Source of the DNA: an uncultured Thiohalomonas sp.
GTDB taxonomy: Bacteria; Pseudomonadota; Gammaproteobacteria; Thiohalomonadales; Thiohalomonadaceae
Direction of reading: 5' to 3'
Assembly: GCA_964421235.1 (NCBI GenBank)
Contig: CAYQWR010000002.1
Location: 1 to 47,314 of the forward strand
Length of the DNA: 47,314 bases
Each line of letters opens with the position of its first letter. Position 1 is the stretch's first letter. Shown here one piece after another: positions 41,193 to 47,314 of the stretch. The notes under the pieces were generated by a model. It saw nothing but the letters and a program-made list of their open reading frames with translations, did not search any database and was not told where the DNA came from. The position numbers and the translations under genes are program-made.

Positions 41193-41241
41193 CGGATTGT
41201 GATTCCGGTTGTCATGGGTTCGAGCCTCATCGCCCACCCCA
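41193..41241 (+). repeat. displaced tRNA-His 3' fragment (att site)
   Basis: cggattgtgattccggttgtcatgggttcgagcctcatcgcccacccca is 46/49 identical to 22466-22514; the 5' half of the tRNA is absent. Confidence 0.92.
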
Positions 41242-41383
41242 TCCTTCCTTAGCATCACCCAGCAACAGCCCCTTGCCGTCGCCAGCGCTGGCAGGCCCCA
41301 TCGCCGCGACCGTTGCGGCATTTCACGCAGTTTCGCGTCATTTCCCTCTGCCGTACTCGCCCGCCCGCGGCGAATTAACGCCA

Positions 41384-41416
41384 AATCAATAACTTAATTT
41401 TGGTATGGATTCTGCA
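41384..41416 (+). promoter_or_regulatory. IHF site plus sigma54 (-24/-12) promoter
   Basis: AATCAATAACTTA (41384-41396) matches WATCAANNNNTTR; TGGTATGGATTCTGCA has GG (41402-41403), 10 bp, GC (41414-41415). Confidence 0.65.
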
Positions 41417-41623
41417 AATCAATCGCCGGCTTAGCGCACTGCGCATGGGTGCCACGATATCAGGAGCGATCACGACGCGACGACGGAAAGTCCCTCCATG
41501 CACGCAGTCACGGCGTGCCCGGCCCGGCGGTTTCGCACGGCGGCGCTGATAGAGAAAAAGAATGACAGGCGTGCCGCCGGCGCGGCGCCTGAGTTATATG
41601 ACAACGAGAATAAGGGGCTGCGA

Positions 41624-43792
41624 ATGACCGGGGTGTGCAGACGTCGTCTTATCGGCGGCTCGATTTTTTTGTCCGGCAGCCTATTGCTGTCACCTGTAGC
41701 AGGTGCGGATGATCTGGGAGTCATCCGGGTGGACTCCACCACTATTGACGACCGGTTCGACAACAAGCGCGACGAGCCGTCCAACATCAGCGTTATCAGC
41801 GGCAGCACGGTCGACAACTCCCATGTGGAGAATATGCAGCAACTGCTGCAGAGTGTGCCCGGCGTCACCACCGAGGTGCAGAGCGGCGACTCGATCAAGA
41901 TCCATATCCGCGGCGTCGAGAATCAGGTCTACATGGGGGAGAAGCCCGGCGTCGCGGTGGTGATCGACGGTGTGCCGGTGTTCGAACGCACCGGGCGGGT
42001 CAACATCGACCTGGACGATATCCAGTCGATCAAGGTGATCAAGGGCGGAGCCTCCTATCTGTTCGGCGACGACGCCCTGGCCGGCGCGGTGATCATTACC
42101 ACCAAGCGCGGTGCCGGTATGGCCGGTTACAAAGTGGCAGGCGAGGCGGGCGCGTTCGGTTACTACAAGGGGTTGATGCGGGCCGGTTATGCCAACGACC
42201 AGTCCAACGGCTACGTGCAGGCGTCGCGGCGCGGCGCAGACGGGTACTACGATGATTCCGCCTCCCGGGCCGATTACGTCAACGGCAAGTTGCAGTACTA
42301 TCTGGACGACAGCAGCGATCTTGTTTTCGGTTTTGAGAACGCGCTGCGCAAGAAAAACAGTCACGGCACCGTGACCGGCGTCACCGCGGCAACGCTCGAC
42401 CCCGAAAGCAAGGATCCGGCCTATAACGATTACGCCAACCGTTTCAATGTGCGGCTCGGCAAATACTATCTGACCTACTCGAAGGATACCGGCGCCAACA
42501 GCAATCTGATGGTGAACGGCTATACGTTCACCGATCACACGCAGTTCTACAGCTCGCCGATCAAGACCACCACCGATTACAACTACTTCAATGATTACGA
42601 TCAGGTACAACGGGGGATAAAGGCGGAGTACCGGGCCGGCGGCGAACAGGTGGCCTGGATGCTGGCCACCGATCTGCGCGATAACAGCTATGACAACCGG
42701 GTCACCTTCATCGATTGCACGGCGGTTTACGGTGCCTGTACCACCGGGGCGCTGAAGGATAACAACCACACGCAGGAGCGGGTGCAGGCGGTGTATGGTG
42801 AGCTGAAGTTTGCCGTAACGCCGCCGCTGACGGTGACGCTGAACGGCCGCTACGATCACATCGGACTCGATTATGCGGATCTGAACGCCGCCGCCAACGA
42901 CAATAGCAAGGGCTTCGACGTCGCCTCATGGCGCCTGGGCGGCAACTACGCCGCGCGCGAGAACCTCGACTATTACGCCAATCTCTCCACCGGCTTTCGT
43001 GCGCCGACCGTGGACCAGCTGTTCGTCGGCACCAATTCGCCAACGCAGCGCGTTGCCGCCAACTCCGATCTGAAGCCGGAGTATTCTCTCAACACGGAGA
43101 TTGGCCTGCGCGCCAAGACGGTGTGGGCGGGAGTTCCGGTCGATCTTGATGCGGCGCTGTTCCAACTGGATCGCAAGGACCATATTCAGGCGACCGCGGG
43201 TCAATACACCACCACCGTCGGCAACCGCTACGACAACGTCGGCGACATGCGCAGCCGGGGTCTGGAGTTGACGCTGCGCAGCGATCCGCAGCGCACCTGG
43301 TCGTGGGATGCCGCCTATACCTACCTCGATGCGGTCTATACCCGCTACGACACGTTCTATCTGCTGACGTGCGCCGCCACCAGCCACGGCAGCTGCACCT
43401 CATGGAACTCTACGGTGTTCAACAACGACGGCAATCAGGTGCCGCGCGTTCCGCATCACCACCTCAACCTGGCGCTGCACTATCGGCCTTCCAGCTACTG
43501 GACCGTCAGCGGCGAAATGGACGCTAGCAGCGGCTACTACGTCGACGAGATCAACCGGGTGGAGATCGCCGGACATGAAACCTACAACCTTCTGGTCAAC
43601 TACGACCGCAAGGTAGACGGGAATCTATGGTCGCTGTTCGCACGGGTCGACAATCTGTTCGACAAGCGCTACTACAACACCGCGCGCGGCAATTACGACG
43701 CCAATTATGACGGCGTCTACAACGCCGAGGATATCTCCATCGTCGTGAATCAGGGCCGTACCTGGACCCTGGGGCTGGCGATACAGTTCTGA
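41624..43792 (+). CDS. TonB-dependent outer-membrane receptor
   Basis: Signal peptide, plug domain (LQSVPGV, IHIRG, VIDGVP, IKVIKGGASYLFG..ALAG), FRAPT, LKPE, VDNLFDKRY, C-terminal Phe. Confidence 0.95.
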   Translation: MTGVCRRRLIGGSIFLSGSLLLSPVAGADDLGVIRVDSTTIDDRFDNKRDEPSNISVISGSTVDNSHVENMQQLLQSVPGVTTEVQSGDSIKIHIRGVENQVYMGEKPGVAVVIDGVPVFERTGRVNIDLDDIQSIKVIKGGASYLFGDDALAGAVIITTKRGAGMAGYKVAGEAGAFGYYKGLMRAGYANDQSNGYVQASRRGADGYYDDSASRADYVNGKLQYYLDDSSDLVFGFENALRKKNSHGTVTGVTAATLDPESKDPAYNDYANRFNVRLGKYYLTYSKDTGANSNLMVNGYTFTDHTQFYSSPIKTTTDYNYFNDYDQVQRGIKAEYRAGGEQVAWMLATDLRDNSYDNRVTFIDCTAVYGACTTGALKDNNHTQERVQAVYGELKFAVTPPLTVTLNGRYDHIGLDYADLNAAANDNSKGFDVASWRLGGNYAARENLDYYANLSTGFRAPTVDQLFVGTNSPTQRVAANSDLKPEYSLNTEIGLRAKTVWAGVPVDLDAALFQLDRKDHIQATAGQYTTTVGNRYDNVGDMRSRGLELTLRSDPQRTWSWDAAYTYLDAVYTRYDTFYLLTCAATSHGSCTSWNSTVFNNDGNQVPRVPHHHLNLALHYRPSSYWTVSGEMDASSGYYVDEINRVEIAGHETYNLLVNYDRKVDGNLWSLFARVDNLFDKRYYNTARGNYDANYDGVYNAEDISIVVNQGRTWTLGLAIQF

Positions 43793-43804
43793 GGAGGGGA
43801 GGCG

Positions 43805-44617
43805 ATGCGCACACCCCATTTTCTCGTGTGGCTGCTCTTCCTGTTGCCGGGCGTATGCGGCGCAGAGACGGTATTGCAATGGCGCGAGGCGCAGGCCGGC
43901 GGCGCCGCGCACGCTACGCATCGCCATGCCGCCGCCAGCGGCATGCGGTTGCTGGATGGCGCCGGTGCCGACACCGAGATAGTTCTGCCGACGCTGGAGC
44001 ACCGTCCCTTGGCGGTGGCCGCAGGGCGTGCGTTGCTGAAGCCCACGGGATTCGACAACTACCATCTGTTGTTGGCGACGCGCCATAGCGTCAACCGCGA
44101 TGAAACGGCATTGCGCTACCAATCCTTCAGTGGCCGCCCGTCGGGTCATTCGCCGGCACAGCTGGTGAACAGCAGCAAAGTGCCGCTGGAGATTCGGCCA
44201 TTGCCGCTGCCGCGCGAACATTCGCACTACCTTGCCGAAACCGTTGCGGTTTTTATGGTGCGTTTTCGCGAACGGCCGCTCGCCCGCCATCCCATCGGGC
44301 TGGAGACCAGCAACGGTACCCGATTGTTTGCCGTCACCGACGACCGTGGCCGGTTTTTCCTGCCGTTGCCCGACGATTTCAGCGCGGCAGCGGCGGGACG
44401 GCGACGAGGTGCACCGGCGGATTTCATCCTCACTACGCGGATGAAGGAGGGTGAGCACGAGTTCTACACGACACTGAGCGCCGCCTATTTTCGCAATCCC
44501 CGGCACTGGCAGTCATCACGCCGCGGCGGGTGGAGCGCGCTGGCCGGATTCATGGTCGGGCTCGGGCTGCTGCTGTGGGTGTCGCGCCGGAAGCCGGCGT
44601 CGGACATTCGGACGTAA
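43805..44617 (+). CDS. exported protein with C-terminal membrane anchor (DUF4198-like)
   Basis: Signal peptide, His-containing N-terminus (HATHRH), PLEIRP...FRERPL...TDDRG, C-terminal transmembrane segment with basic tail. Confidence 0.7.
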   Translation: MRTPHFLVWLLFLLPGVCGAETVLQWREAQAGGAAHATHRHAAASGMRLLDGAGADTEIVLPTLEHRPLAVAAGRALLKPTGFDNYHLLLATRHSVNRDETALRYQSFSGRPSGHSPAQLVNSSKVPLEIRPLPLPREHSHYLAETVAVFMVRFRERPLARHPIGLETSNGTRLFAVTDDRGRFFLPLPDDFSAAAAGRRRGAPADFILTTRMKEGEHEFYTTLSAAYFRNPRHWQSSRRGGWSALAGFMVGLGLLLWVSRRKPASDIRT

Positions 44618-44626
44618 GGGGGCGGT

Positions 44627-45670
44627 ATGAATCTCTCGGTGTTACGCAAAGGCGTGCAGCTGCTGGCGTTTCTGTTTCTGGTCTACGGCGGCGTCATCGT
44701 CGGTTCCTACGCCGCCGACAAGGTGAGCCACGCGTTTCCCGCCTTGACCTGCGCTTACGATACACGGACCGCTGACTACTGTGCGCTGATCCCGTTTCAA
44801 CATCAGATGGCGCATCGGGTCGGACCGGTATTGGCGGGCGGCGGGTCGGTGTTGCGGGCATTGTTGCCGACGCTCACCACTCTGGTCACGTTTCTGCTGC
44901 TGTTCGTCGTGTTGAACAAGGCCTTTTGCGGTTGGATTTGTCCCCTGGGTTTCTTCCAGGAGGTGATGCATCTCGTCGGCCAGAAGTTGGGATTGAAACG
45001 TTTCGAGTCCTTGCCGCCCAAGCTCGTTGACGCGCTGCGGCCGGTAAAGTGGCTGCTGTTGGCGCTGCTGGTGTTCGGCTTTCCTCTGCTCGCCGGCCTC
45101 GGAATCGTCGGCCATGAGTTGGGCAATCCGTACTGCAGCATCTGCCCCAGCCGTATTCTGACCACGTTGGCCAACGGTGATCCCCGGCAGTTGGTGATCG
45201 ACGGCAGCGGCATCGGTTATTTCGCGCTGTCGGTGCTGGCCACGTTTCTGTTCGGGCTGATGATCGCGATAGCCTTGCAGGTACGGCAGCCCTATTGCCG
45301 TATCTGTCCGATGCTCGCGTTGCACGCGGTATTCCGCAAGGTGGGGCTGGTGCGGCTGGTGAAGCAGGCAACGCCGCGATGCACCAAGTGCGGGCTGTGC
45401 GCCAAGGCGTGTCCGATGGACATCCGTGAGATTCACTCCGAGATGACGCGCTCGGATGTGCTCCATGCGGACTGCACCCTGTGCGGTCGCTGCGTCGAGT
45501 TTTGTCCCGACAAAGACGTGCTGCAGCTGAAATATGCCGTCGTCCCGTTGTTGCGTTCCGGGCCGGACTATTTTCGAACGCGCAAGAAGATGCAGCAACG
45601 CTGGGAGCAGTGGTCGCTGTTGGGCTGGTGGCGACGCCGTCGCGCGCGTGTCGCGCAGCGGAGTGGCTGA
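44627..45670 (+). CDS. polytopic 4Fe-4S binding membrane protein (NapH/MauN/YccM family)
   Basis: FCGWICPLG, YCSICP, YCRICP; two ferredoxin motifs CTKCGLCAKACP and CTLCGRCVEFCP. Confidence 0.9.
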   Translation: MNLSVLRKGVQLLAFLFLVYGGVIVGSYAADKVSHAFPALTCAYDTRTADYCALIPFQHQMAHRVGPVLAGGGSVLRALLPTLTTLVTFLLLFVVLNKAFCGWICPLGFFQEVMHLVGQKLGLKRFESLPPKLVDALRPVKWLLLALLVFGFPLLAGLGIVGHELGNPYCSICPSRILTTLANGDPRQLVIDGSGIGYFALSVLATFLFGLMIAIALQVRQPYCRICPMLALHAVFRKVGLVRLVKQATPRCTKCGLCAKACPMDIREIHSEMTRSDVLHADCTLCGRCVEFCPDKDVLQLKYAVVPLLRSGPDYFRTRKKMQQRWEQWSLLGWWRRRRARVAQRSG

Positions 45671-46347
45671 TGGAGTCGCTCACGCTGACGTTCGGCGCCG
45701 CCCTGGGGACGGGGCTGGTGTTTGGTGCGGGTCCCTGCACTATCAGTTGCCTGCCTTTCCTCGGCCCGGTTTTCGTCGGGCGGGGTGATGGCGCGTGGCG
45801 CTCGTTACTGCCGTTTTCGGCCGGTCGGTTGGTGGGCTACAGCGCGCTCGGCGCGGCGGCGGGGGGAGCCGGGCATGCGGTCACCCGATGGCTGGAACAT
45901 GGGCCGGCTGCCGCGGTGTTGGGCACGGCAACGTTGCTCATGGGGATCGCGTTATGGCGGCGCGCCGGGCGCGATACGCGCTGCGATGCGCCGGCCGCAC
46001 CCGCTGCTCAACCGATTCGCTTCTATCGCCGCGGCCACGGCTGGCGCCTGTCGCTGGGGCTGTTCGGCATGGGCGTTGGGATGGCGTTGAATCCTTGCCT
46101 GCCGCTGGGGACGGTGTTGCTGGCGGCGAGCGCCAGCGCCGCAGTGCGGTCGGGATTGTGGCTGGGATTGGGTTTCGGGATCGGCGCGGTGTTGGTGCCG
46201 ACGCTGGTGTTCGGGTGGGTGGTGGCGCATTTCGGCGCGCAGTTGCGCTTGCACCTGACGCAGTGGCGGCGCGGTCTGGAGCGTAGTGCTGGGGGAATGC
46301 TGATGATGTTGGGTGTGGTAACGGCGATGGGATGGGTGCAGCCATGA
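45670..46347 (+). CDS. DsbD_2 / TauE-SafE-like membrane protein
   Basis: GPCTISCLP, GRLVGYS, LNPCLP; about 6 transmembrane segments; TGATG overlap with the upstream gene. Confidence 0.78.
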   Translation: MESLTLTFGAALGTGLVFGAGPCTISCLPFLGPVFVGRGDGAWRSLLPFSAGRLVGYSALGAAAGGAGHAVTRWLEHGPAAAVLGTATLLMGIALWRRAGRDTRCDAPAAPAAQPIRFYRRGHGWRLSLGLFGMGVGMALNPCLPLGTVLLAASASAAVRSGLWLGLGFGIGAVLVPTLVFGWVVAHFGAQLRLHLTQWRRGLERSAGGMLMMLGVVTAMGWVQP

Positions 46348-47003
46348 CGATGACGGATCTGTTTACCAAGGGAGGCCCCGTGGTATGGATTCTGCTCGGC
46401 TATTCGACCGTGGCCGTGACCATTGTGTTGGAACGCGTGATCACACTGGCAACGCGGGGACGGATGGCGCGCGACTTCGAGCAGCGCCTGAACGCTGCGC
46501 TGCGCGACGACACCGCCGATACGCTGGTTCGGGACCTGCCGGGGCCCGAAGCGGTGATCGTGCGGGAGATGCTTGCGGCCGACCACGCCGGCGTGGGGGA
46601 TTTGAGCCGCGTTGCGTCGCGCGTCGGTTCGGAACAACTGCAAGGCATGGAACGTGGATTTCGCACGCTGGGCCTGTTGGGCAATACCGCGCCGCTACTG
46701 GGTTTGTTCGGGACCATCACCGGCATGATCAAGGCGTTCATGGTCATCGAGCAGGCCGGCGGCAAGGTCGATGCGCAGGCCCTGGCCGGAGGGATCTGGG
46801 AGGCAATGATCACCACCGGTGTCGGTTTGGCGGTCGCCATACCGATCCTGTTGCTGCTGCATCTCCTTGAAGGTATGGCGGATCGGCGCGCACTGGCGAT
46901 GCGCCGCTGCGCGTCATTGGTCCTCGAGTCCCGGTCGTACCGGTGCGAACCGGAGGCGGAGGAGCCGGTGCATCACCGCGCGGGAGTCGTTCATGCAGTT
47001 TGA
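46344..47003 (+). CDS. exbB: MotA/TolQ/ExbB proton channel protein
   Basis: GGPVVWIL, APLLGLFGTITGMIKAF, LAGGIWEAMITTGVGLAVAIP. Confidence 0.92.
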   Translation: MTMTDLFTKGGPVVWILLGYSTVAVTIVLERVITLATRGRMARDFEQRLNAALRDDTADTLVRDLPGPEAVIVREMLAADHAGVGDLSRVASRVGSEQLQGMERGFRTLGLLGNTAPLLGLFGTITGMIKAFMVIEQAGGKVDAQALAGGIWEAMITTGVGLAVAIPILLLLHLLEGMADRRALAMRRCASLVLESRSYRCEPEAEEPVHHRAGVVHAV

Positions 47004-47314
47004 AGGGCGGCGGCGCAGCAGCAACGTCCTCAATCTGACGCCGCTGATCGATGTGGTGTTTCTGTTGCTGGTATTTTTCATGCTGACCTCGCACTTCGTG
47101 CGGGAGGAGAAGATCAAGGTCGATCTGCCGGCGGCGACCAGCGGTAGAGCCGACAACAGCGATCAGCTGCAAGTCGTGCTGGATCGGCAGGGGCGGGTTC
47201 TGATTCATGGCCAATTCGTCGACCCCGCCGATCTCGAGGCGCAGCTCCGTGGCGATCTGCAGGGACGCAAGGATCGGTTGGTACGTATCCGCGGTGATCG
47301 CGCAGCGTCGTTGG
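46993..47314 (+). CDS. exbD: ExbD/TolR protein (3'-truncated by window edge)
   Basis: MQFEGRRR...NLTPLIDVVFLLLVFFML...VDLP...IRGD; absent from the ORF track because it has no stop in the window. Confidence 0.92.
   Translation, partial: MQFEGRRRSSNVLNLTPLIDVVFLLLVFFMLTSHFVREEKIKVDLPAATSGRADNSDQLQVVLDRQGRVLIHGQFVDPADLEAQLRGDLQGRKDRLVRIRGDRAASL

Larger units (their letters stand above)
22466..41241. mobile_element. genomic island integrated at tRNA-His (~18.7 kb, no integrase) carrying an aryl-polyene cluster
   Basis: 49-bp direct repeat of the tRNA-His 3' part at 22466-22514 and 41193-41241 (3 mismatches) brackets the biosynthetic cluster. Confidence 0.85.

Noticed and set aside
41193-41241. 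Second tRNA-His gene
   Set aside because: It lacks the 5' acceptor strand and D-arm; interpreted as an att remnant.
41420-41623. Cobalamin or other riboswitch in the TonB receptor leader
   Set aside because: I found no B12-box or other conserved aptamer core by eye, only generic GC hairpins. An Rfam scan would settle it.

Overview
High-GC proteobacterial chromosome segment; the gene order suggests a gammaproteobacterium (inference). There are three parts. (1) 1-22.5 kb is mostly housekeeping: trpB-trpA-accD-folC-dedD-cvpA-purF, a SAM-II riboswitch followed by metZ, a Na+/H+ antiporter fused to a cNMP-binding domain, an RRM protein, glycerate kinase, lpxH-ppiB-ppiA/cysS, folD and tRNA-Pro/Arg/His. 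Two junctions of the trp-acc-fol operon carry palindromic inserts built from short tandem repeats. One of them contains an 89-codon ORF joined to both trpB and trpA by ATGA overlaps. (2) 22.5-41.2 kb is an ~18.7 kb island bounded by a 49-bp direct repeat of the tRNA-His 3' end. It has no integrase and encodes a xanthomonadin/aryl-polyene-type type II PKS cluster with a chorismatase, two ACPs, two ketosynthases plus a chain-length factor, two methyltransferases and no recognisable halogenase. (3) 41.3 kb to the end is a probable sigma54/IHF-controlled operon: TonB-dependent receptor, membrane-anchored periplasmic protein, polyferredoxin membrane protein, DsbD_2/TauE-like protein and ExbB/ExbD. 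This looks like an uncharacterised uptake system coupled to redox chemistry. All calls come from reading motifs by eye; no database searches or folding calculations were run.
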